From NCBI GenBank assembly GCA_001949185.1, contig BDGG01000004.1, forward strand, positions 3,753,777 through 3,817,776: a stretch of 64,000 nucleotides of DNA. The letters are read 5' to 3'. Position numbers and translations under genes: made by a program. This stretch comes from Ramazzottius varieornatus (Eukaryota; Animalia; Tardigrada). Under the pieces are notes generated by a model. The model made no database searches. It saw nothing but the letters and a program-made list of their open reading frames with translations, and was not told the DNA's origin. The first letter of the stretch is position 1, and each line of letters begins with the position of its first letter. This document shows, piece after piece, positions 24,347-35,785 of the stretch.

Positions 24347-24778
24347 GGAAGAACAATCAACCGGATACCCGTTGCCTTTGCAAACGATCGGTCTTTTGAA
24401 TCTGAAGCAGTTTAGATCCGGAAGTCCGGGTTCCGAAACTGCCTACAACAAGAGCCCAAGAGTCAAGACGTCCTCCGTTTTCTCGAACGTTGAGGAATTC
24501 CCTAAAACTGCAGAATATGATGCAAACCTACAACACTGCCCCTCCAAGTGAGGATCGGCCGTTTGCCATCTGGTCCTTCAGGTTGACACAGTGAGCGGAA
24601 GTACCTCAAGTTCTAAAAGAAGTGTCCCGTGTTCCGTCACAAAATGTATTAGTCCGGTAAGAAACCAAGAAATAAAGCAGCATTATCTCGATGCAAGAAT
24701 AAGAAAATGGCTTTTCACAAAAAAACACCGTTAGTTCGAGTTTTCAAAACAGCCCAAATGATCGATTTTTACTGCCGT

Positions 24779-27119
24779 TTATTTGAAGATCTTGCCTTGG
24801 TTGAACTTCTTTCCGTCAAAGTCTCCTTCCCACGCCCAGTACTCGTTGACCATCTTCTTTGTCTTCTCATCTTTAGCGTCCAGCTTCTTCCAGTTGTATG
24901 ACTCGTAGTCCACTTGCCAGTTCGGACTCAGCTAAAACAACATTGGAGCTGTAAAGTAAGGAACCCCTGCTACAATAAAAAAGTTCAAAAGGTACTTGCA
25001 TTGAAAGCAAGATCGTGTCCACGCCATATCCAAACTCCAGAAATGGTGCTGTTGTTATCCGTACCGAACAAGATCTGGCTACCAAAAGCTTGCTTGGCCA
25101 TCTTCTCCAAACGCTGGAAGAAACCTGCAACAGAACTCTCTGTCAGACAAAGTACTCCCTCGTGTACAGATTCGAACAACGAAAACCTACCAGTGATCAA
25201 GTTGCAGCTCATGAAAACTTGCTTCAGCTCCTCGGGATACTTGTACTCGCAGTACCAGATGGAATAGTTTTCGGGATCGAAATTATCCCAGAAGTACGGG
25301 ATGGCTTTCGATATGGTATCTTCGTTGGAGTACACGCGTTTCCAGTCGTCCATCTTGAACGTTCTGACAAAAATGCCAGATAATTCCATCTCGGTAAATA
25401 ATCACAAGAAAAGCCGCAGTACTATATGGACCAGTATTCAGCTTACCCAGGAGGCAACGCTTGGAACGGATCTTTCTCCTTGGGCTCAGCAGCCATAGCT
25501 TCGTCAGCTAAGTCTGGCTGATCGTCATCTTCTTCTTCCTTCGCGGGTTTCTTCTTCTCTTCCTTCTTGGGCTTCTCTTCGGTCTTGGGCTTCTCTTCAG
25601 TCTTGGGTTTCTCTTCCTTAGGAGCCTTTTCCTTCTTCTCTTTCTTGGCTCCTTCATGGGCCTTTCCTCCAGTTTGGTCACCTGCGCCACCCTTGGCTCC
25701 GCCAGCGGACTTGAACTTTGCATCCTTCACAACGGCTTTGAAGTGTTCCTGTCTCGCTAAGGTCTGGAACCACTTTCGAACGTTGGGAATTTGGTAGCTG
25801 TCATCAATAACCTGCAAAGAGGAACAAAATAACGGTCTGAAAGGACAACTATGACCGACGACAAGTAACCTATCAGCATAATACTTACACACTAATTTAC
25901 ATAATAATTTACATACATCAGTAACTCCAGTCAGAAGATCGGCGAAGACACTAATATCAGCTAGCGTAATTCCATCGCCAACGAGGTTCTTGTGCTGACC
26001 AAGGTGGTTGTTAAGTTGAGTCAGGGCCTGCTTTAGTTCTTCTGTAGCAACGTTCTGGTCCTGCAATAGTGCATGAAGATCAGTACACGAGCAGCGCTAA
26101 AATGACGGAGAAGCAGAGCGCATGGAGAAGTGAGGCGTACCACATTGGGGACGGGATGGCCTTGAGCCAGGAGATGCAGAGCCACTACGGAAGGCACGAT
26201 AAACTGCTGCGACCAGTTCGTCCACTGAAGGATCTCAGCCTGCTTCTCCGATGTTTCGCCGCGGAGTTGATTGGAAGCCACTACAACGCAGAGGTCAATA
26301 AAAAACGCGCAAACTGATTTCGCAGAACGAGGAAGCAACTTACCGTAATGAGCGATGGCATTTGCGTCAGTCAAGCGTGTCTTTCCATCGTCAGCTTCGA
26401 AAGCCGGTACCTACAACAGACAGAAAGATGCACAATATTCCGACGTGTGATTACTGCCAAATGTCCGATCTTCCTCCAGCGGAAGTCGCGCATAGGGGTG
26501 AAAACGGACGGATGTCTAACACGCATAGAACTGGTAAAAGCTAGCTGTTCTTCCACTTGGTATCGTCAATATCACCAATGATTTGACTCGGATGGTGAAA
26601 TTAGCTTCAATTTGCCTCTTTTTGTTACCGCAACAGATCAATAAAAACCTGTCGGGTCTTTGATACGAGGGTTCACCTAGCTTTCGCATTACATGAACTC
26701 GTAGCCTGACTATCAAACTCCTGTATCCATTTCGCGGTCTCCAGCCGTGAAGGTGCTTCGGAGTTCCGGTCAGATAGTCGAGATTTAGCTGGCTAAGCTG
26801 GTGTAATCAACAAGTCAACGCACCTCGCCAGAAGGAAACTTCTTCGTAAAGTCAGCATTCTTGTTAGTCTCTCCATAAACAAATTCCGGAGCATCCGACA
26901 CGACTTTGATCTTCGCACCAGTGAAGTGAGCAGCGATAAGCACTTTCTGGGTCCTGAAGTTGTCGGGATATGTGTACAGCGTCTGCAAAAGCAAGACAGA
27001 CCATTAGCGATTCCTATCTAGAATACTCGACGTGGCTGCTAGAATGTCACCCAGCCTTCACCCGGCACGTAGCCTAGTGTCTATAAACGGTCAGGGATAC
27101 TTACTCCAGAGACAACCAT
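24779..27119 (-). CDS. EEF1G: Translation elongation factor 1B gamma
   Basis: MVVSG|[18 protein letters not shown]...KKFP..., GST-like domain, K/E-rich linker, [17 protein letters not shown]...[47 protein letters not shown]. Confidence 0.96.
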
Positions 27120-27161
27120 GTTTCAGCCGGAGTTGAACAGATGTCTAACACGAAGACTGGC

Positions 27162-27172
27162 AAGAAGAAAGA
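27162..27172 (-). promoter_or_regulatory. Putative TCT/5'TOP pyrimidine tract upstream of eEF1B-gamma
   Basis: The minus strand reads TCTTTCTTCTT about 50 nt upstream of the ATG. Elongation factors are established TOP genes. The TSS was not observed. Confidence 0.4.
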
Positions 27173-27439
27173 CTGACAAAGGTACTACGACTGGCGAGAG
27201 AACCTTCTTGAAGTTGAACTTGATCAACTTGCGATTAGAATTTAGAGAGAAGTTTTTCTTCCGTGCAGAAAACTAGGAAAATTCTGGTGTCGTCAGCCGC
27301 CCCGGGGGAAATAACCGACCGCGATGGTCGGATTGGCCCGTGAAGCGCGTACCGGCGGTTCCGTATACACATTTTTAACCCGAAATTAACTGACCAGTTC
27401 GCTTGAGGGAACCGCACTACGGTGTCACAGACCATAACC

Positions 27440-27873
27440 TAGAGCACTGGGCCGCAGGTCCAAAAGTACGATGCAACTGTACTGCGCACATTACCAGGGC
27501 GCTGTACGCCGCGCTATGCTGCACAACTTTCATGCCCAGTGGCTTAGCAGCTGTGCTGCGGGTGCACGTTGACCTGGTGCGACTGCGGAACGCCGATGTA
27601 TTGACGTGATGTGTGATTTAGTCAGCGAAATCGGTAGTCAACCTGAAGAACGTTGCCCTAAAGTACGGCAAAGCTGAGACGGCTGACATTCGAATGCCTA
27701 AAAACTGTAATTTTTGTCAGGTTTCGGTAGGTGCATCTGCGCGGTAATCTATGGCTTTCTGCTGTATGCTGTGCTGTGCTGCACAAATTTCGTCAGTTCA
27801 CGCGCCGTAGCTGTGCTGCAGCACAGCACAGCTACGGTACAGTGCAGCGCATGCGGCCAGATTCCGTGCTCTA
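27440..27873. mobile_element. hAT-type MITE family B, copy 1 (434 bp)
   Basis: Termini TAGAGCAC...GTGCTCTA, highly similar to 52968-53358. The TSD is imperfect: CCATAACC on the left, CATG then GCATAACC on the right. Confidence 0.85.
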
Positions 27874-28211
27874 CATGGCATAACCCGGGCAGGCGAGCCC
27901 GGCGCGCCGGATGTTACGCAACTGATTCTAAAAGTCAAAGTTTGGTGTTTCTGTTGAATTTGTTCCTCGGATTTCCTTCATGCTCTGACAGCCAGGAATC
28001 TCTGTTTCTTTTCCAGGACCTCTCGGACTTGACCATTGGGGCATTTCTGGACGATACTGAGTCTTGCTTCGCGGATCTTCGAGTGTGACGGAGCGTTCTA
28101 GCCCCACGACGTTTTCTGATTTCGGACAAGTTCGGCTTCCGGTGCGGGTACCTACCACGCGCGTATCACCTGCCTTTCCTACCAGCCCTTGGACAGTCGG
28201 AACTTATAGCC

Positions 28212-29389
28212 ATGGTGCGGAAACTGAAGTATCATGAGGAGAAGCTGCTGAAGAAAGTGAGTTTCGTGTCGTGGGAGGTGGACAACAACTTACATGAAGT
28301 CAAGATTCTACGTAAATACCATATCCAGCGCAGAGAAGACTACACCAAGTAAACAACCAAGTCTTTAGATGTCTCGACACACAACGAGAATATACAAAAG
28401 AATAAGCAGCTACGGAGAGTTTTCACATAACCAGTTGTGTTTTCAGATACAACAAACTGGCGCGCGAAATTCGGGACATCGCAAATAGTATCAAAGATCT
28501 CGATGCAAAAGATGTTTACAGGATAGAAGCGACGTCCCGCCTCCTAGAAAAACTGTTAGTAAATCTTTTCTCAGATGTATATACAATATAGCACCATTCC
28601 CGAAATCCGTAGGAATAATCTTCTGTGGTGCTGTGCGCGAGCTTGATGTTTTTTACCGGGACTTCCTACTGTAATTGTTTTCTTCCAGGCACTCCATGGG
28701 GCTCATTCCGACTAGAGAAAATTTGGAACTATGCAGTAAAGTCAATGCTTCCTCTTTCTGCAGGTAAGTTTCTTGCTTGCAAGCAGGAAAGCACGATGAC
28801 ATCGTTGTAAGGCGGATGCTTGATACTGATTACTTTCTTCGTAATAGGCGACGCTTACCGGTGGTTATGGTGAGAAATCACATGGCGGAAAATATTGCTG
28901 CTGCCGTGCGGTTTGTCGAACAAGGCCGTAAGTACTCCGGGAGCGCGTGATTCGGAGAATTACTGAAGTTTTCTAATCCTTTGCTGCCAATTGGACGACT
29001 TGCTATGCTATGCTTTGCCTAGATGTTCGTGTCGGACCGGATGTCATAATGGATCCTGCCTTCCTGGTGTCAAGGTAAGTACTATACCGCATCTCATATT
29101 GACGTTGGTACGGAGAGGCTGACATGATAAATTTTTAGAACGATGGAAGACTTCGTTACCTGGGTCAACACAAGTACGATCAAGAAGAAAGTGCTGGAAT
29201 ACAACGATATGGTAAGGAAAACGCGACTTGCATTTCTTTCACTCGTATTTATCGTAACGTTTATGACTCTCAACGACCTCTTCGGGATCTAGTTTATTGC
29301 GTGAATACCTCCGTATTTTCTGCCAGCTTTGCCTCATACCGGATACTATATAATGTTCTTTGCAGCGGGATGACTTCGACATGTCATAG
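28212..29389 (+). CDS. IMP3: U3 snoRNP protein IMP3, 7 exons
   Basis: [16 protein letters not shown]...RREDYTKYN...[12 protein letters not shown]...VEQGHVRVGP...[15 protein letters not shown]...RDDFDMS*. Missed by the ORF track because the exons are short. Confidence 0.96.
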
Positions 29390-29931
29390 TTCGCGGTCCG
29401 GAGGAGAACTCGCACATCTCGCTTGGTTTTCACAGACTTAATACATACTCGGTATTCTCGCAAAGAGTTTACTCCGTCTGATTTGAGTACCATTTCAAAT
29501 ATACTTGTTTTGCATCTTGTTACGAATATATTTGCCGTTGTTGGCATCAGTGTCTTTCAGAGCACACTGTCGCCTGTCGGTGCAGAAAGCTGAAGATACT
29601 GTAGGTGTACTGTATACTATAAACGCAGAACTCAGAAACACGAGATATCGTCGGACGTGACGGAAAGAATTTTAAATAACAAAAGCGATACACACTGACG
29701 GAAAATCAAAAGTGTAGCTACTGTATCATACACGTTGCTGTGTAATTTCATTGAAAAATTACAAACTGAAAAAGTCGCAGTTTCCACGAATCACACGTAA
29801 TCACAGCTCTTCGGTACTACTCAACGACCAAAAGACCGCGAAGCCATTTTTCGTCGGAGTAGTATTATCACGAATTAGGTTTTTGGTCGGAGGGATAAAA
29901 CTGGCATGCTCGCATCGGAAAGCGGAATGGT

Positions 29932-32374
29932 TTACGAAGTGCTGTAGGATTTACGTTTATCGTACTGACCAGCCTGGATGAACCTCTGCTGGCTGTCGGG
30001 AGGAGTGAAGAACAAGCTGTTGGTCGCAACATGGCTCTGCGGAGTACGCTGGGGCGTCGTCGTGGACTTTTGGTCTGGCGGAGGCATGTCTTCACCGTAC
30101 ATCGTCACTTCGGCCAGATCCACCAGAATGTTCTCTTCCGTAATGCTGTGGTCTTCTTCTAGCCGACTTCTTTTCTGCTCCATAATTTCCATCTGCAATA
30201 CCACAAATTAGAAGTGTGTTCCTCTGATTTTTCACAATCGCCAAAAGCCTTCACAGAAAGCACGTTTTCAGCTCGGCAAACAAGTTCGAGAAGACTGTTC
30301 ACCCAAGTGGCGCACGTATTCAGTATTATAGCCGAAAGGGTGCGCTACTTGGGAAAACGATCTTGTCGGGTTTGCTCATCGACCACCCAGTTATAAAGAC
30401 GTAAAAAAGAAGTTCTTCCAACCGATTTTCTCACTTTTCCTCCTCCCAGCTATTGGTCTGAGCTTCATAAAAGATAACTTACGAATGTGTCGAGCTCGAA
30501 GTCATGGCTTTGAAGATGGGGCCACATGACCTGGTGCATCTTTGCAGGACAGGACAAACGCACAGGACCCATACGTTCTTCCGCGTCGGCAAACGGACGC
30601 ATCCATCGCAAGCAGCTCACGATGGAGCTAATTTGAAAGTTTTTCGTGTCTGCAAATAGCGATTTGCAGTTTCAAAATACTAGAAGTTTCACTAACCAGT
30701 CTAATCGTATGTGAACCGTCGCTACTAACTCATTGTTCTCTTACCGATCAGCACGTTGATGATTTCTCTGCCGCCTTCTGTGAGGTAGATTGCTGCGCCA
30801 GCGATCTGCCGATATGTGAAGTTGAGAGAATCCGCGTCCAACATGGCAAGGTCCACGAGCTACAAAAATTCAGTACCAACTGAATTCTTGAAGCCAAAGT
30901 ATCACGAAAATATCTGGAAAAGAATGCAATTGTGGCTTACTCGGCAAATCTTTGAGTACAGTTCGAGAGGTAACTGGTTCTCCTGAGAAATCTTGGTGTT
31001 TTCTGTCCGTTTGGTACTGCGTGCTTCTGTTCCCGTAATTCCAGCGTCTTGAAGATAAGATGCCACACATTCGCCCGGAGTAACTGGCATGAAGGCCGTG
31101 CCCAAAACCTACACAACACGACGCATCCCATGACATGTCACAAGACTTTTGCAATTAATTCTCCAATGAAGATAAGGAAGAACGTACAGCAAAAATGAGT
31201 TTCTCCATGCTTTTGATCTCTTCTTTACTGTGAGCGTCATCGGTCACGTACGCAAGCTCCGAAAGTTTGGGCGGGAAGATTTCCTGCAAAAGTACACTGA
31301 AGGCATTCTAGATTACAGAATCAGGAGCAAACTTGAAACACAAAAGCGATAGGTGCGTTTGTTGGTCGTTTTATCTCCTCAAGGTAAACAGTGCTAACTT
31401 TTGAAAAACTTCTTCGGTAGCTACCCACACTCACCTCAATCTTTGCAGCAATACTCAACGCAGCGACTCCCAGTAACTGCAGAAGGGTTTTGGGCAAGTT
31501 CTCCGTCAATGTGAGGAACCGATCGATGTAGTCCAGTGTCATGTGGTAGGTCTTACGCTGCAGGTAATGAGCCTTACAAACCTGAAAAGAAACATAATCC
31601 GAGATTAAAACGCGGATTACTTTTAAAACGTGAAAGCATGCTGACTTACCTCCATCAGCCACTCGAGAAGGATACTTCGCATGTCAGCCTCCAGTTCAGG
31701 GTGATGGTCGAAGTACGAGTGGGACTTTTGGTACCCAGGCCAGTTCTCCTTGTCTTCGAACACGCGTTCTGGATGATGATGTTCCTGTTCGTCCGGGTCA
31801 GCAGCGTAGCATCGACGAATCTTGAATTCCGCATTATGCGTTACGGACTTCCCTTCGCAACTAAAAAAGAAAAGGCTCGTAATATACAAAAAATCTGTAA
31901 GTCCCGGAAGAGAATTTTGAAGAGGATTTACTGGTAGTCGTCATCCAGAACCTTGATGATGCTTTGGCCCACGACGTAGTTATCCTTCTTCTTGCTGTTG
32001 GTTGAAGCAGGCTGTAAGGCTCTACAGGTTGGTTTCGTAGCGGACGTAGAGGCGGTTGTGGCATTTTGACTGTTGCTTCTCTCTTTCTCCTGGCGACTGT
32101 GAACGGACATCTTCTCCAGATCCTTGAGGATGGGACTGTCTCTTTCGAGTTCTTCAGTAGCAATGAGGAAGGCGGGTAAGCCTGGGCTGTGCAGCTGCAT
32201 GTAAGGAGAACCATCGGAGATGAACGTGTCCAGGCCACTATCTCGATCTGGCTCGCTGTCTTCAATAGAAAGGTTCAACCAGGAGTCTCCGCGGCGCTTA
32301 CGCGGGGAAGAAGCGGGTGAGGCAGAGTAGGAAGGAGACACACCGCGTTTCATAGCCTGATGACGCCGCTCCAT
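29932..32374 (-). CDS. CycE: G1/S-specific cyclin E
   Basis: HPELEADMRSILLEWLME|VCKAHYLQRKTYHMTLDYIDRFL...LQLLGVAALSIAAKIE|EIFPPKLSELAYVTD. The C-terminal FFTPPDS resembles the Fbw7 degron of cyclin E. Confidence 0.9.
30272..30377. repeat. Fold-back intronic element, copy A
   Basis: CTCGGCAAAC...CCCAAGTGGCGCAC-24 nt-GTGCGCTACTTGGGAAAACGATCTTGTCGGGTTTGC, in a cyclin E intron. Confidence 0.75.
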
Positions 32375-33809
32375 AGGCTGTAAAAAAGAGGATCGTTACT
32401 TAACTTGCATGGCCGTTCATCGAACATCGTATAAAGGTGAAATAAAACCGTGACGAAAATAAACCCATCAAGTATTCAAGTTTATGAATCAAGACCTGGA
32501 GGAAACATCCAAACAGACACTTTGCTGCCTCCATCAAGTGTCGGCAACCATAGCTTCGCTATTCTTCCTTGCATGAAAGAAGAACAGCTCTAGAATAAGA
32601 GTTACTAAAGGCTGGAAGGTGCGTTGCAAAAGACTCAAATTGAAGCTCGAAATTTTCAACTTCAAAATTCCAACAGCTGCCAAAAGTCAACATCAAAAAA
32701 TCCAGCTTCCATGCGCCTTACGTCACGATCGAAACAGGAAAAAACACGGCAAGATGAAGTTTACACTGCGCTCTCGTGACGTACACCATCGTGAAACAAA
32801 CTTCACAGGGAGAGAATCAGTTGGTCGATGGGCGGATCCCGAGAGTTTAACTTCTGCACGATTAATCAACGACCAGTTAAAAACCAACGTTGAAGACATG
32901 GGCCAGGCTTTCCACTTACGTAAGAAGGGCGAGGCTACGTAGAAACCGTTACGAATTTGCGTTCCAACGTTTCGATGCCATCTTGTGTGAACGTTGCGAT
33001 TCCCGTGAAGGCAATCGGGCTGGAGCTTTAGTGCTGAAAAACTCGGGACGACATGGCAGAAGCTATCCGAGTGCTCCTCTTCCGATGCAGAGAGAAACGT
33101 TGGCAAAGAGTCGAGGGATCACTGAAAATAAGCGTTGCAGACTTGTTGCATATGGAACGAAGCAGAGAGAAGCTACATGAACGGTCAATCCAACGGCTGT
33201 AATGAAGGAGGACGGACCGTTGCAGATGGTGGAATGCAAGACTGGACAGCAACTGGTAGCCAACGGTCAGTCGATCCCTCGATTAAGGAATGGAATGAGC
33301 AGCTTGGGCACTAGGCCATGTCGTTTGCTAATCAAACGCTGTGCAAAAAAGTCGTTCCACATCATAAACTACGAGTACCATTTTCTAAGGATTTGCTTGC
33401 CTTACCTTTGCATCGATGCTTCAGGCTCCACGACGTCCAACTTTTCCTGGATTATGTGCAGAGAGCGATAACAATGCACGTCCTCGAATCCTTCATAATT
33501 AGCCGTCACGGAACACCATCCATTCAAACGGTGTGCGGCTGTCTCGTACTCTTCCACGGGGAATCGAGTCTGCTTGTACCAGCTGCAATCCGTTGCAGTC
33601 CAGCCTCGCTGTAGAACGAAAAGAAGCAAGAAGTTAGGAAGAGATAAAAGGGCTGAAATGAGCAGCCCGCTTGAATGTCCGATAGGTTGACCGTATCTAG
33701 AGTAGGAGGGCCGTGCTTGGGGGAAACCCGTTTTCACCCTGGGAGACCGCTTTATCGGCAAGGGGCTCTCTGTCCGTGCCCTGGGTGGAACGATAGAAAC
33801 TTTTCCTGA

Positions 33810-34686
33810 CGAGAGGATTTAGCGGCTTTTAGCCTCTCCTCCAGTCTCAATTCCGAAACCGAAACGGTAGAAAGATAGAAGAGCTATCGACTGGGACAGT
33901 CGTAACCGGCTCAAAAATATCCTGGAAAATACAGCAGGAAGCGGCAGTGACGTAAGAATCTGGGCGGTACATGGCTACTGATTTTATCAGGCGGCTATCA
34001 TCTTACTGGAATGAGGTCTTGATCTACATGTCAAGGAAGATAAATTTTACAAAAGTGGTATTTCTCGTAGAAATGATGAAAGCAAAGAGGAACTTTACAC
34101 CAGCCACATTTTAGTAGCAGCGAACGTGAGCAGCTGTCGTGGTCGCAGTGGCCAGTCAGACCATCGAAACAGAATTCCGTCGGATTCACATACGTAAAGG
34201 ACTTTAAACATGTTTCGTTTGACGATGGGCCCGAAGACACTCTTGTCTTCTTGCAGGGTGAGGAAGAGAACCGGTAGAAACTTTCGAGTACCTGGAGAGA
34301 CGCACGTCATACCCGTATAACTGTGGGTGATAGAATCTTCTGATCGCGTGAGTGCCAAAACATGTTTTGCGCCTACAAAATCCAGATTTCGACCTGGACG
34401 CATCTCGTACTCAAAGCCCGACTGGTCTGCATTCCATAAGCAGTCCAGCCCATAGGTTTGAATCCTTGATTCGAGTAGAGCAACACATTCATCCGCGCTC
34501 TTCTTCCATCCGGTTCTTCTTTCAGGTACTTTTCCGTGACAAACTTGGTAATCTTTCTGCCGCAAATGTCATAGTACCTAAAAGAAAAAAATCTACTATA
34601 ATATTTTGAGAGGATAGAGAAAGCTCTCTATCTTTCTACCGTTTCGGTTTCGGAATTGAGACTTGAGGAGAGGCTAAATCCCCTCG
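33810..34686 (-). mobile_element. Internally deleted Tc4/Tc5-like transposon, second subfamily (877 bp)
   Basis: TIRs of about 65-75 bp. Flanks are C-TGA|CGAGAGGATTT...AAATCCCCTCG|TGA-G. Remnants YYDICGRKITKFVT, LWNADQSGFEYEMRPGR, THSYT and CGWCKVPLCFHHFY are homologous to the 18.8-21.2 kb element. Confidence 0.9.
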
Positions 34687-35785
34687 TGAGACCTGCTGTT
34701 GCGGGGTGTTTTTGGTTGGTACTTCGCCTTCATCTTCTGCGCAGACCACAATTATGATAGTTTTACTATCGTGAAATGGGATCTGAAAGTGTGGAAATTT
34801 ACTGAATTTTATGTCTTGTAGTTGTAGAACAGTGCGGCTTGAAGTTCGGGCGTCGCAAAGCGGACTTGGGACTTCTGGGTCACCAGTTATGGCTGAAGCA
34901 GCTGGACTACTGACTCTAAAGCACTATATCAGAAGGTACGATTATGCAATGTGTACTCTCAGCTCTAAAGATTGAATCGACCATGTGTGATATCGATTAA
35001 CTTGCAGGACCACTGTATACGTATCCAGGAAGTGGGCACCGAGCCTAGATGATGTTCGCAAATACGGCAGCGACCTGCGAGCATATACAGTCCGTGATTC
35101 TCGAGAATCGATAGCGATGAAACAGCAATGTAGGAACAGCGCGAACGGACCAGGGATCGGGATAGCTTGCATTCTACTTCACATGCATATACGGGTACAC
35201 TGCAGGGAACGGAGGAGCCAAGCTCAGCGAACGCGGTCGCGGGAAGGACGCATGTCGGGAGGCATGGCTGAACGGGGAGCTCGCCGAGTGGAGTGCTTCC
35301 CTGATGCAAGATCACATACTACAGTGAGCTCTTGGGCACAAAGTCCTGCCCGTTGTCGCTTTCCCTACAGTATACTCTTTCATAAAACAGCTTTCGCTCA
35401 GACGCGCATGCATTTTATCATCTAATTTTGCAGCTTTATGGGAAAACTCATCTGCTGCAGCTTTTGTGTTTCGGGATCGTAGCTTTATTTGGTCGTGTTA
35501 CGGGAACGCTGTAGATGCTGTTGGAGTTCAAAGATCGCGTTATCTTTTGCGGGATTTAATGTTTTTGATAAACCCATCGATCCAGTGGGTGAAGTCCGGA
35601 ATTTTACGGAAATCCTCAGACGGTTTATGCTGAACGTCCGCCGGTAAAAATCCCATGGTGGTTACTCTAACATCCTTGTCCCTTCTCTAACAGGAACGAC
35701 TGTTGTCATTGTTCTAGCCATTGCCTGCGTACAGACGTTTTTCATACCGGAAGTAACATATCGATGGACGGGAAAGAAGGATACC

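Noticed and set aside
32619-33761. Cluster of ORFs upstream of cyclin E
   Set aside because: No recognisable protein. One exon-like segment (~33407-33608, minus strand) may be non-coding or decayed.
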